NCBI GenBank assembly: GCA_045401115.1
Contig: CP174359.1
Span: 50,117 to 114,116, forward strand
From: Candidatus Phycocordibacter aenigmaticus
Lineage (GTDB): Bacteria > Patescibacteriota > Minisyncoccia > Phycocordibacterales > Phycocordibacteraceae
Length of the DNA stretch: 64,000 nt
Direction: 5' to 3'
Below the pieces are notes generated by a model. That model made no database searches. It had not been told where the DNA came from and saw only the letters and a list, made by a program, of their open reading frames with translations. Positions 20,592-32,835 of the stretch are shown here, piece by piece. The number at the start of each line of letters is the position of its first letter. The stretch's first letter is position 1. The position numbers and the translations under genes are program-made.

Positions 20592-21716
20592 ATGGTTAAT
20601 GTGAATAAAACAAAGGTCCTCTACCTTATTACCAAATCAAATTGCGGCGGTGCACAGCGGTATGTCGCCGATCTTGCGAATAACCTCTCTACCGACCAGT
20701 TTGAAGCTGTGGTAGCCGCCGGACACGGTAATGAGCCAGGCAGCGGCTGGTTACAAAAAGAAGTTGCCACACATGGCGTGCGCTCAATTATATTGCCTCA
20801 CGTTGAACGCGATATTAAAAATCCCTTTAAAGAAGCGAGTGTCTTCTTTTCACTTGCACAACTGGTCATGAAAGAACGTCCACAAGTACTGCATGTAAAT
20901 AGTGCAAAGGCGGGCGGAGTGGGTGCTTTTATTGGCAGACTATTTGGTATACGCACTGTTATTTTTACTGCTCACGGATGGGCTTCGAATGAAGACCGTT
21001 CGTGGTTATCACGTATGATCATTCGTTTTTTCGAATGGCTCACTATTATACTTTCACATAAAACTATTATGAATTCTAAAGCTACATATGAACATGTAGC
21101 TTCCTTGCCGTTTGTGTCTCGTAAATCAGTAATCATTCACCATGGCATAACACCATTCACTCGTTTAGAGAAAGAGGCGGCACGTGAGGCGCTCGGTATA
21201 TCTGAAGAAGGTTTAGTGGTAGGAACCGTGGCCGAAATCCATCATAATAAAGGTATCGACATACTCGCACTTGCCGCGCAACACATACCAACACCAATAT
21301 ACATTGTGGGAGACGGTGATGATTATAATTATATTAAAAATATTCTCCGTCAAAAAAAGATTAATAATGTGACACTTCTAGGCGCTATACCAAATGCAAA
21401 AAAATATCTTGAGGCATTTGATATTTTTATTCTTCCTTCACGTACAGAATCACTTGGATATGTTCTTCTTGAAGCGGGGCACGCACATCTTCCAGTGGTG
21501 GCAACAAAAGTTGGTGGAGTTCCAGAAATTATTGAGCATAAAAAAAATGGCTTACTCATTACACCAAATGACCCTACTGCGCTCGCCAACGCGGTGGAAA
21601 CACTCCTTTCAGATCAGAAACTTCGTGATAAATATAGTGCTTCACTATATAAAAAAGTGGTTGAACACTTCTCTCTTGAACGTATGCGTGATAAAACCTA
21701 CAGTCTCTATCGTTAA
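20592..21716 (+). CDS. Glycosyltransferase family 4 (GT-B)
   Basis: EAGHAHLPVVATKVGGVPEII (the E-x7-E region) with the typical GT4 N-terminal fold. Confidence 0.8.
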   Translation: MVNVNKTKVLYLITKSNCGGAQRYVADLANNLSTDQFEAVVAAGHGNEPGSGWLQKEVATHGVRSIILPHVERDIKNPFKEASVFFSLAQLVMKERPQVLHVNSAKAGGVGAFIGRLFGIRTVIFTAHGWASNEDRSWLSRMIIRFFEWLTIILSHKTIMNSKATYEHVASLPFVSRKSVIIHHGITPFTRLEKEAAREALGISEEGLVVGTVAEIHHNKGIDILALAAQHIPTPIYIVGDGDDYNYIKNILRQKKINNVTLLGAIPNAKKYLEAFDIFILPSRTESLGYVLLEAGHAHLPVVATKVGGVPEIIEHKKNGLLITPNDPTALANAVETLLSDQKLRDKYSASLYKKVVEHFSLERMRDKTYSLYR

Positions 21717-21722
21717 ACAACA

Positions 21723-22835
21723 TTACGCACCCACTACCTCATGTTGTTTATCTTCCTGTACCACACGGTGATACGAACGCATTGCACTCACCATACCAAG
21801 CATTAAAAATTCAGTAAGAAGATGGCTTCCACCGTAACTCATGAATGGCAGCGTGGTGCCAGTAACCGGCAGTAACCCAATATTCATACCGATATGAATT
21901 GTACTGTGTACAACAATGAGCATAGCAACGCCAAGTGTAAACAGGGTTTCAAAGTTACTGGCACCACGCTGCGCATTAACAACAAGCCGATACAAAACCA
22001 TACCGAACAAAAAGAAAAGTAAGAGTGCTCCTCCAAATCCCCATTCTTCTGTAAAGGCGGCAAAGATAAAGTCAGTCTCATGTTCAGGTAAAAATTGAAG
22101 ACGTGATTGAGTCCCGTAACCAACTCCTTTTCCAAGAACGCCACCACTACCAACAGCAACAGTTGATTGGAAAGCGTTATAACCAGTTCCTTGTACATCA
22201 GCAAGTGGGTGCACAAAACTTATAATGCGGTCTTTTTGGTAATCGGCAAATGTAAAAAACCAAAGTCCTGAAAGGGCCACTGCGCCAATAGCAGCAAGCG
22301 CAGCAAGGTGTCTAAAAGGAACCCCTGCAAGTAAAATAATCCCTGTCCATATACCTAATACAATAATCGCTGATCCAAAATCTGGCTGTAAAAACAAAAG
22401 AACAAAAATAACAGACATGTAAAGGCCTGAAACAATAATGTGTCGTATCTGGGCAATCTCAATGTGTCGACGCGAAAAATACTTCGCAAGCACTATAATA
22501 AGTGCGAGCTTTGCAGGATCAGCAGGTTGTATAGCAAAAGCGCCAAGATTAAACCAACTTTGTGCTCCTTGAAAAGTAGCACCAACTATAAATAAAAGGA
22601 GGAGGAGGCCAACCGCAAGTAAAAAAATACTTACTACACTTACTGTACGACGCAAAAAACGCCAATCAATGGTGCTGCTTATAAAAAAAACAACGAGTGC
22701 AAGCACGAGCCACACCATTTGCCGTGGCGCAAATTGATTAGCAGCACCGAAGTCATACATTGATATAATTCCTAATAAGGTAATAGCCGTAGCACTTCCC
22801 AACAACACCCAATCGATATTACGGAACATCCGCAT
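21723..22835 (-). CDS. SEDS-family peptidoglycan glycosyltransferase (FtsW/RodA)
   Basis: Ten TM helices, with DFGSAII, LLPVTGTTLPFMSYGGSHLL and other SEDS signatures. Confidence 0.85.
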   Translation of the reverse strand: MRMFRNIDWVLLGSATAITLLGIISMYDFGAANQFAPRQMVWLVLALVVFFISSTIDWRFLRRTVSVVSIFLLAVGLLLLLFIVGATFQGAQSWFNLGAFAIQPADPAKLALIIVLAKYFSRRHIEIAQIRHIIVSGLYMSVIFVLLFLQPDFGSAIIVLGIWTGIILLAGVPFRHLAALAAIGAVALSGLWFFTFADYQKDRIISFVHPLADVQGTGYNAFQSTVAVGSGGVLGKGVGYGTQSRLQFLPEHETDFIFAAFTEEWGFGGALLLFFLFGMVLYRLVVNAQRGASNFETLFTLGVAMLIVVHSTIHIGMNIGLLPVTGTTLPFMSYGGSHLLTEFLMLGMVSAMRSYHRVVQEDKQHEVVGA

Positions 22836-22838
22836 ATA

Positions 22839-23576
22839 TTATGGCGCCACACGCGGGATAATATCAACTCTCGCTACTGGTTCTGAAAAAGGTTCTTGCC
22901 AAGTAAAAGTCACTGTATGACGTTGACGTGGATCGATACGCGCAACACGCGTTTGAGAAGCATTAATAAGTACATCCTCATCATTAAACACTAGCGCAGT
23001 CACTATTACATCAATTACTGAGGAAGTAGATTGGTTTTCGATCTCTGCCGTAATCCGAGGCTCTGTTTCTTCTAGATTAAATGAATGGGTACGAACTGGT
23101 GAAATACTACGCTCAAAACGTTTGAAATTATTATATTCTAAATCAATAAACGTACGAGTTGGGATTCGTTCGCCAGTAATAATGTTCGGCTCAAAAAGCG
23201 GTACTGTTTCTCCTGGAAGAATTATTGTACTTCCTTGTCGCCGTGTAATTAAAATATTTTCATCGTCAAACAACGACACTTCATAAGAAACATCTCCTTG
23301 TGCTGCTGTATGAGGGTTCTTGATTAAAGCGACTGCGTGATACACTCCTGGCACTACACGGACTGACCGTGACCATAGTGCATTGATATTTGGTTGTTCA
23401 CACAACAAATTACAAATACCCCCACAATCAACACCTGTTTCGTTTTGATTCTGCACCCCATCATTACATGTCGGCGCAGTGTAGAAAAAAAGAAAAAAAC
23501 TACCAACAGCAATAAGCGCAATAATAAGAAGTGCGCCAAACGCAATCAACAACTGTCGGGTAATACTCCAACTCAT
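22839..23576 (-). CDS. Hypothetical membrane-anchored protein with Cys-rich N-terminal module
   Basis: N-terminal TM, then PTCNDGVQNQNETGVDCGGICNLLCEQ (five Cys). A 3-nt gap after the SEDS gene suggests co-transcription. Confidence 0.45.
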   Translation of the reverse strand: MSWSITRQLLIAFGALLIIALIAVGSFFLFFYTAPTCNDGVQNQNETGVDCGGICNLLCEQPNINALWSRSVRVVPGVYHAVALIKNPHTAAQGDVSYEVSLFDDENILITRRQGSTIILPGETVPLFEPNIITGERIPTRTFIDLEYNNFKRFERSISPVRTHSFNLEETEPRITAEIENQSTSSVIDVIVTALVFNDEDVLINASQTRVARIDPRQRHTVTFTWQEPFSEPVARVDIIPRVAP

Positions 23577-23672
23577 ATCCTACATCATAGCAAAAGTAAA
23601 ATGGTTTTTGTTATAAAGGTTTTTTAAATTTTATTGACCTGCTTTATTTATATTTTATACACTCATACAAAG

Positions 23673-23698
23673 AAAACCCAAGGTTTCCCTTGGGTTTT
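23673..23698. terminator. Terminator hairpin after 5S rRNA (aaaacccaagg-tttc-ccttgggtttt); second hairpin at 23700-23730
   Basis: Perfect stems followed by T tracts in the minus-strand sense, immediately 3' of the 5S. Confidence 0.6.
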
Positions 23699-23742
23699 CT
23701 TTCTCGATACAGAAATACTATATCGAGAGAGATGAATGCTCC

Positions 23743-23851
23743 GTACTGGCGACTAGCTACTTTCCCCCGAAGAGTATCATCGCCACTACCGCGCTTAACT
23801 GCCGAGTTCGGAATGGGATCGGGTGTTTCCACGGCGTCAAGTCACCAGAAC
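23743..23851 (-). rRNA. 5S rRNA
   Basis: The reverse complement reads TCTGGTGACTTGACGCCGTGGAAACACCCGATCCCATTCCGAACTCGGCAGTTAAGCGCGGTAGTGGCGATGATACTCTTCGGGGGAAAGTAGCTAGTCGCCAGTA. Its 5'/3' ends pair (helix I) and the CCGAAC loop is conserved. Confidence 0.85.
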
Positions 23852-23925
23852 GGAACATTCATCTCTTTATTTTCACATCAATACAAAATCCTTTACCTAA
23901 ACAATGTAATATTATTGATTTCCAG

Positions 23926-27226
<3,301 letters not shown>

Positions 27227-27532
27227 TCTGAAAACCACAATATTATTTTGTTTTCGGTGTCTCAACGATCTACAAAATCGTTGAGCTTTTTTCTCAGCAA
27301 TCGGTTTAATTGCTGAGCTATTGGTTATTTTGCATTGACGTTGTCAAAGGGCGGGTTTAGATGAGTGTAAGCATTTAAAAAAGCCGCTTGAGGCGACCTT
27401 TAGTGAGCTGAGCACGAGTGCTAGCTAGGCAAGGTCGCTGGACTTCTTAAGTGCTTTACTCATAAACCGTTCCGCCATAGTACCCGAAGGCATTATGAGT
27501 GTCAAGCATTTTGCACAGTAATTCTTCTATAC

Positions 27533-27560
27533 AAAAACCCCTGAAAATCAGGGGGTTTTT
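27533..27560. terminator. Terminator hairpin aaaaacccctg-aaaat-cagggggttttt between the membrane-protein gene and the 23S promoter region
   Basis: Perfect G/C stem with A/T flanks. Confidence 0.65.
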
Positions 27561-27592
27561 GTGAGAAGGATATACCCTCTAAAAAGCTAAAC

Positions 27593-28282
27593 TTACTCCT
27601 CGTGTCCTACTTCTGAGCGAAGTTTTTCGATGTACTTCGCTGCAGCCTGTTGACCACCAAGACCAAAGGCAAGACCAAAGGCAAGTGACACGGCAACGAT
27701 AACACCAGTGAACAGCGTTTGTACGAATGCACTTGCAACTTGCAAGTGATCAAGCGCCGCAAGAATTGCGAAGATCCAGATAGACCATTTTGCTACCGAT
27801 CCAGCCAATCCGGCGCTGCGTACATGCGCAGCCTTTGCAGCACCTGATACTGCTTTTGCAGCAAGGTCAGCAATCACTGCTGCTACCAACAGAATTAACA
27901 CTGCAACAATTACCTGTGGCAAGTAACCGAGTACAACATTCTGCAAGAATTCATTTACTTGACTCAGTTGTAGTACGTCAAGCGCGGCAACAAGGAATAC
28001 AACGATAAAGAACCATTTGATGAGAGCACCAAGAAACGCGCCTGAGTTTAGTTCAAACCCAGCACGTGATACCACATCATTAAGTCCAGTTGATTTAAGA
28101 GCACTATCAACCTTCAGTGCTTTAATGATTTGAGATACGATACGTCCAAGCGCAGCACCGACAAGCCAACCAAGCACAAAGATAATAAGAGCAACAATAA
28201 TGTTTGGAATGAATGCAATGACGCCGAGCCAGAGTTCCTGGAATGAACGGGTCAAAACATCAGCCCATGTTTCAATAAGCAT
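27593..28282 (-). CDS. Membrane protein with conserved TM-helix repeats (mechanosensitive-channel N-terminal-like)
   Basis: Several TM helices with recurring IIxALxIxVxGWLxxxxLxRIV-type segments (TM_helix repeat). No cytoplasmic MscS domain. Confidence 0.4.
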   Translation of the reverse strand: MLIETWADVLTRSFQELWLGVIAFIPNIIVALIIFVLGWLVGAALGRIVSQIIKALKVDSALKSTGLNDVVSRAGFELNSGAFLGALIKWFFIVVFLVAALDVLQLSQVNEFLQNVVLGYLPQVIVAVLILLVAAVIADLAAKAVSGAAKAAHVRSAGLAGSVAKWSIWIFAILAALDHLQVASAFVQTLFTGVIVAVSLAFGLAFGLGGQQAAAKYIEKLRSEVGHEE

Positions 28283-28440
28283 GTGAATATATTCTTAAAG
28301 TGATAAAAAACGAACCAAATACTATCGAGGTAGCATAGAATACGCCTCGCAGCGGTTATTAGGGATCCTATTCCCTTATAAAAATAGTACCACTATACCC
28401 AGCCATAGCATGGAGCTCTGTGGATATATATAGAATATAC

Positions 28441-29037
28441 TTAATTCCCGCGGTCGAGCACTACCCGGTGCTTAAACTCAAATAAATCACGAAGCATGCG
28501 GTCATATGCTTGCCGGCGATTATAAAATTCCTCAGTATCAAGCACCACGTACCGTATAGGAAGCGCCACTAAACTTTCAAGTTTTTTAATTGATTTAGCA
28601 ATACGCTTCTCATCAGGGTTTTTCCCAACAATTAAAAGTTCAGCAGGGCTATGTGTTTCATCTAAAAAGAATCCTGCTGCAACAATCATCGTTAACCCGC
28701 GAATACCACGGAACGCCTCAACAATCTCTTTATCAGTTGGCGTAGCAAGCGTCACCAAAAACTGCTTCAGTGGTACAAACAAGTTATCAGACTCATTAAC
28801 TGCATACGCGTTTATCCCGTGTATTTGTCTGGATGTGAGAATACCAAACCGCACCAACTGCCCAAGTTCACGAGATACTGCAGCTCGCGTAGAACCAATC
28901 GTTGCTACCACATCAGCAGCATTCCCCCACTCACCTGGGCGACGCACAAAGTAATTTGTTATTTTAAGTCGAAGCGGATTCTTAAAGACAAAGCCGATAT
29001 CTTGAAACATATATGGAAGGTATTCTACCTCGTTCAA
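28441..29037 (-). CDS. Hypothetical protein with winged-helix HTH
   Basis: Segment VVATIGSTRAAVSRELGQLVRFGIL resembles an ArsR/MarR-type recognition helix. Otherwise unassigned. Confidence 0.35.
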   Translation of the reverse strand: MNEVEYLPYMFQDIGFVFKNPLRLKITNYFVRRPGEWGNAADVVATIGSTRAAVSRELGQLVRFGILTSRQIHGINAYAVNESDNLFVPLKQFLVTLATPTDKEIVEAFRGIRGLTMIVAAGFFLDETHSPAELLIVGKNPDEKRIAKSIKKLESLVALPIRYVVLDTEEFYNRRQAYDRMLRDLFEFKHRVVLDRGN

Positions 29038-29088
29038 AGCAGGTCTCCAAATGTGTAAAAATAAGCAAGAAATACGGGCTCATTCACC

Positions 29089-29128
29089 CACGAAAAAACA
29101 CCCTTCTCAAGAAGGGTGTTTTTTCGTG
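29089..29128. terminator. Long rho-independent terminator after rplL
   Basis: cacgaaaaaacaccc-ttctcaagaa-gggtgttttttcgtg, immediately 3' of the minus-strand rplL stop. Confidence 0.7.
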
Positions 29129-29150
29129 GGTTCCACCACCGAGCAATGCT

Positions 29151-29648
29151 TTACGCAAACTCAACAGAACCACCTGCTGCTTCAATCTTAGCTTTAAGTT
29201 CTTCAGCGTCTTCTTTCTTAACGCCTTCCTTAAGCATTTCAGGAGCAGCGTCAACAAGATCTTTCGCTTCCTTAAGACCAAGTCCAAGTGCTTCCTTCAC
29301 TACTTTGATAACTGCAATCTTCTGATCACCAGCAGAAGTCAACTTCACGTTTACTTCTGATGCTTCTTCAGCGGCACCATCGCCACCTGCTGCAGGACCA
29401 GCCGCCGCCACTGCGGTTGCTGATACACCAAACTTAGCTTCGAACACTTTAACCAACTCATTCAGTTCCATCACGCTCATCTCTTCAATTGCAGAAACAA
29501 TTGTTTTGAATTTCTCAGGAACCTCTACATCAGCACCAACCTCTTCTGTCGGAGCCTCTTTCGCTGGAGCTTCTTCTGCAGGAGCTTCAGCCGGAGCCTC
29601 AGCTTCAGGAGCAGCCGCTTCTTCAGTCTTCTTTTCTTCTTCAGTCAT
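29151..29648 (-). CDS. rplL: Ribosomal protein L7/L12 with N-terminal Ala/Pro/Glu-rich extension of about 45 aa
   Basis: The canonical N-terminal dimerisation segment ([21 protein letters not shown]), hinge and C-terminal domain ([24 protein letters not shown]...GGSVEFA) are all present. They are preceded by [36 protein letters not shown]. Confidence 0.85.
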   Translation of the reverse strand: MTEEEKKTEEAAAPEAEAPAEAPAEEAPAKEAPTEEVGADVEVPEKFKTIVSAIEEMSVMELNELVKVFEAKFGVSATAVAAAGPAAGGDGAAEEASEVNVKLTSAGDQKIAVIKVVKEALGLGLKEAKDLVDAAPEMLKEGVKKEDAEELKAKIEAAGGSVEFA

Positions 29649-29702
29649 AATTAATTTTTTATTAGTGAGAGGAACTATGTGTTCCGCTCGTAATGAATAG
29701 TG

Positions 29703-30209
29703 CTAACTCGCCTTCTTCTCGGCAATTGCATTCAACGCAATCGCACATCGCTGGATTGGTGAATTAATAACATTCACAAACATACCGCGAAGTACTGGTA
29801 CCGGAGGAATTGCAGCAACATTTTCAATTTCTTCTTTTGAAAGAAAACGATGTTCCACAACACCACCAAGGAAGGTAAGACGATCCTTAAACTTCTTTAC
29901 AAAGTCATTAATGGTGCGAGCTGGAGCAGTAATATCATCTCCGTTTTCACTCGGAAGATATGCAATAGCAACTTCACCATCAAGTGGTGGAAGTTCGCCT
30001 TCAATATTTGCTGCCTCAAGCGTGCGCTTCAACAGTGTCTTTTTTGTTACCAAGTAACGGACACCTTCTCCTTTCAGAGTGCGACGCAGTCCATTAAGTT
30101 CTTCAACAGGAATCGCTTCAAAGTGCATGAACGCCAATGACGGCGTGTCAGTCACAATGTCACTAAGCTGTGAAAGAAGTTCTTGTTTCTTTTCTCGTGT
30201 AATTGCCAT
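29703..30209 (-). CDS. rplJ: Ribosomal protein L10
   Basis: Full-length L10 similarity with rplJ-rplL order. A leader of about 120 nt lies upstream (30210-30330). Confidence 0.85.
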   Translation of the reverse strand: MAITREKKQELLSQLSDIVTDTPSLAFMHFEAIPVEELNGLRRTLKGEGVRYLVTKKTLLKRTLEAANIEGELPPLDGEVAIAYLPSENGDDITAPARTINDFVKKFKDRLTFLGGVVEHRFLSKEEIENVAAIPPVPVLRGMFVNVINSPIQRCAIALNAIAEKKAS

Positions 30210-30330
30210 AATGTGTGATGCTCTTATATTAAAAAGAGCTCGTGCGCATCGAGCTGGGTGTTATTCGCGATTCGACCAACCTCTCTAAGAGAAAGGCGTC
30301 GCGGACTTCGGCGGGACATTAAGCTCATAT
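30210..30330 (-). promoter_or_regulatory. Possible rplJ (L10) leader region
   Basis: Untranslated leader of about 120 nt with potential stem structures, in the position of the autoregulatory L10 leader. Not verified by structure. Confidence 0.25.
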
Positions 30331-30445
30331 ATGAGCACCCGCTGTCTCCAGTCGTGCTACGGAGCACTATACCAGATACACTATAAAATGCTACCGGCGG
30401 CACTCACGTGCCGCCGGTCACCCCCCCCTACATACCCACACCCTA

Positions 30446-32200
30446 TTAAAATACCTCCTCTCCCTCTCTACTATAAAGGAGTAGCGCCAACCGGATCATC
30501 CGGTATGGATACGCTCCCTCAAGGTGGGTAAATATATCTTTCAATTTCTCAGTGCCCACAACCTTGCACGCGTCGTGGATAGTATCAATATCGTTTTCAA
30601 TACCGGCGGCAAGGTACGCAATATCGCGAGGACTCAATAACCCCTCATCCACGCACTCCTTTATATGTGTCAATATTGTTTCAGCTTTAAGCCCGCGCTC
30701 CTGCGCTATCGCATCCAGCGCCTGCCCGTCCCGCACATATTCAAGCGTCTCGTGCGCTGAACGTTTTTTCTGCACACCACCAGCGGCGGCACCCTTCCTC
30801 TTCTTTCCCGCCGGCGCATCGGCGCCGGCGGGACCACCCTCCTCGCTCGGCTCAGACCCACCACACGCTTTTACAAAATTCGCATGCATCGTTTCCACCT
30901 CGCTCGACTCCATGCTCGCAAACGCCTCCCGCGCCTCCAGCGACTGCGCGCGAAACGCCGCGTCCTTAGCCAACACCTCTGGGTGCACCTCAAGTGCGCG
31001 CTCGTTAAAGCCAGCAAGCGAAAGCCCCGCCAATGTCCGCACGCGCGAAAGCGCCACATACCCCTGCCCATATTCAAACGCCCGCGACAAATCCATATGC
31101 GCCGCGTCCAGCGACATCCCCTGACTCTTGTGCACGGTCATCGCCCACGCCAGACGCAGCGGCACCTGCCGAATACTCGCCAACACCCGTCCCCCGTCTT
31201 CAATACGCCACTCATCGGGCTCCGCCACCAACTCCCTGCCGTCATGCGTTTCCACTACCGGCAAACCGTCCTCATTAAAATCAATCACCACCCCCAACGT
31301 TCCGTTCACATATCGCCCGCGCATGTGGTCGTTCTTAGTAAACATCACCCGTGCACCTTCTTTCAGTTCCAACTGCTCCGGCGACAGGCACCCCCGCTTC
31401 AGCGCATCCACCAAACGCGCCGGCCCCGTGCTCTCCATCTTCAAACGCTTCGCTTCACTGGCAAGGTTCCCCAATGCTCGTTCATTAATTTGGTCCACGT
31501 TTGCATTATGCGCGTACAGTTGTGTCACCTCATCGTCCGGTTCACCACCCGCGCGATATTCCAAAATTGCTCGATGCTCTTCCGTACACGCACCACGCCG
31601 TATCGCCAACAACAACTCAAGAAATTCAGGATCTTCTTGTCGATACTGCTCAGACAGGTAACACACCAACGGTTGCAGGTCGCGCCACGCCGGCGACTCA
31701 AACGCAAAGTCCGTCATAGGCGCATGTGCGAACATCCCCTGTCCATGCGGCGCACGACGCACCACCGGCGGCAACTGGAAAAAGTCTCCCACCAACACCA
31801 CCTGCATTCCGCCAAACGGCTGCGTCGTGCGCCGCACTTCCCGGCACACCGCGTCTACCATGGACAGCGTACCCTGCGAGAGCATCGACACCTCATCAAT
31901 AATCAGCACGTTCGTGCTCGTCACACGCTTCACCACGTTCTTGTTCTGCGCGATCATGTCCAGATCCTGATCGTTCAAATGGTCCTTGATACCGATACCA
32001 CTCCACGAGTGAATCGTCATACCACCAATGTGTGTCGCCGCAATGCCGGTCGACGCGGTAATAGCCGGGTCAATTCCCCGCTCACGTAACCACCGCACAT
32101 ACGCGTTCACCGTATGCGTCTTTCCACTCCCCGGCTCACCAGTCAGAAACACGTTCGCCCCGGTTTTCAAAATAGTCAGCGCTTCGCGTTGCGTCATCAT
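30446..32200 (-). CDS. PIF1/RecD-family SF1 DNA helicase with C-terminal HTH domain
   Basis: LTGEPGSGKTH (Walker A), LIIDEVSM (Walker B), VLVGDFFQLPPV, TVHKSQG and GYVALSRV, with a C-terminal HTH-like tail. The gene is strongly GC-rich relative to the window, so the long antisense ORFs are artefacts. Confidence 0.8.
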   Translation of the reverse strand: MMTQREALTILKTGANVFLTGEPGSGKTHTVNAYVRWLRERGIDPAITASTGIAATHIGGMTIHSWSGIGIKDHLNDQDLDMIAQNKNVVKRVTSTNVLIIDEVSMLSQGTLSMVDAVCREVRRTTQPFGGMQVVLVGDFFQLPPVVRRAPHGQGMFAHAPMTDFAFESPAWRDLQPLVCYLSEQYRQEDPEFLELLLAIRRGACTEEHRAILEYRAGGEPDDEVTQLYAHNANVDQINERALGNLASEAKRLKMESTGPARLVDALKRGCLSPEQLELKEGARVMFTKNDHMRGRYVNGTLGVVIDFNEDGLPVVETHDGRELVAEPDEWRIEDGGRVLASIRQVPLRLAWAMTVHKSQGMSLDAAHMDLSRAFEYGQGYVALSRVRTLAGLSLAGFNERALEVHPEVLAKDAAFRAQSLEAREAFASMESSEVETMHANFVKACGGSEPSEEGGPAGADAPAGKKRKGAAAGGVQKKRSAHETLEYVRDGQALDAIAQERGLKAETILTHIKECVDEGLLSPRDIAYLAAGIENDIDTIHDACKVVGTEKLKDIFTHLEGAYPYRMIRLALLLYSREGEEVF

Positions 32201-32337
32201 TCCTCTATCCTATCATTTTCAAAACCACCCATGTGCGGACGTCCGACGTCCGCACATGGGTAGGTCACACACCGCCCTCATACAAAACAGCGGCGGCCCC
32301 TTCGGGACCGCCGCACCATCGCACCACCTACCACTCA

Positions 32338-32820
32338 CTAATACCCCAACCGTCGCATGTCAGTCATAAATCCCGTACGGCGCAGTGCATACTCATGACG
32401 CAATGAATCAAACAACTCGCGCGACATATTCGCTGGGTACCCGTCTTGGTTAATGTATCGTTGTGCATCAACATCAACCAAACGATCAAGCGCGTATCCC
32501 ATCGCACGCAAATCTTCCTTATATCCAATAATAATATTGTCTGCCACACCATCGTCAATACGCCGCGCCAAGTATCGCATCTCCTCCACGTCTTCCCATA
32601 CAATATCGCGCATCGCCACCACATCTTCATATACATCCCACGCCAGTCGTTCCTCTACGGGTGCTACTTCACCAGACGGTCCTTGCTCATGTGGAAACTC
32701 GCCCTCACCAACCGATGGTCTAATCGGCTTATCCTGCAACACTTTTGCGCCGTCATATATGTCGGTGTCACTATCAAAAACCTGATGCACGTCTTGTAGT
32801 ATTTCAATTAAACCTTCCAT
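32338..32820 (-). CDS. Hypothetical acidic protein
   Basis: 160-aa ORF between the giant protein and the helicase, on the same strand with a 13-nt gap to the giant ORF. No family recognised. Confidence 0.4.
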   Translation of the reverse strand: MEGLIEILQDVHQVFDSDTDIYDGAKVLQDKPIRPSVGEGEFPHEQGPSGEVAPVEERLAWDVYEDVVAMRDIVWEDVEEMRYLARRIDDGVADNIIIGYKEDLRAMGYALDRLVDVDAQRYINQDGYPANMSRELFDSLRHEYALRRTGFMTDMRRLGY

Positions 32821-32835
32821 ATATTCATTATACGC

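Noticed and set aside
23576-23672. Promoter-like ttgacc-N17-tatttt on the + strand downstream of 5S
   Set aside because: It would drive transcription antisense into the rRNA operon, and AT-rich intergenic DNA yields such matches by chance.
30884-32089. 401-aa + strand His/Arg-rich ORF, and other + strand ORFs at 30552-32369
   Set aside because: Antisense of the GC-rich PIF1-like helicase gene. The composition is typical of spurious reading frames in high-GC DNA.
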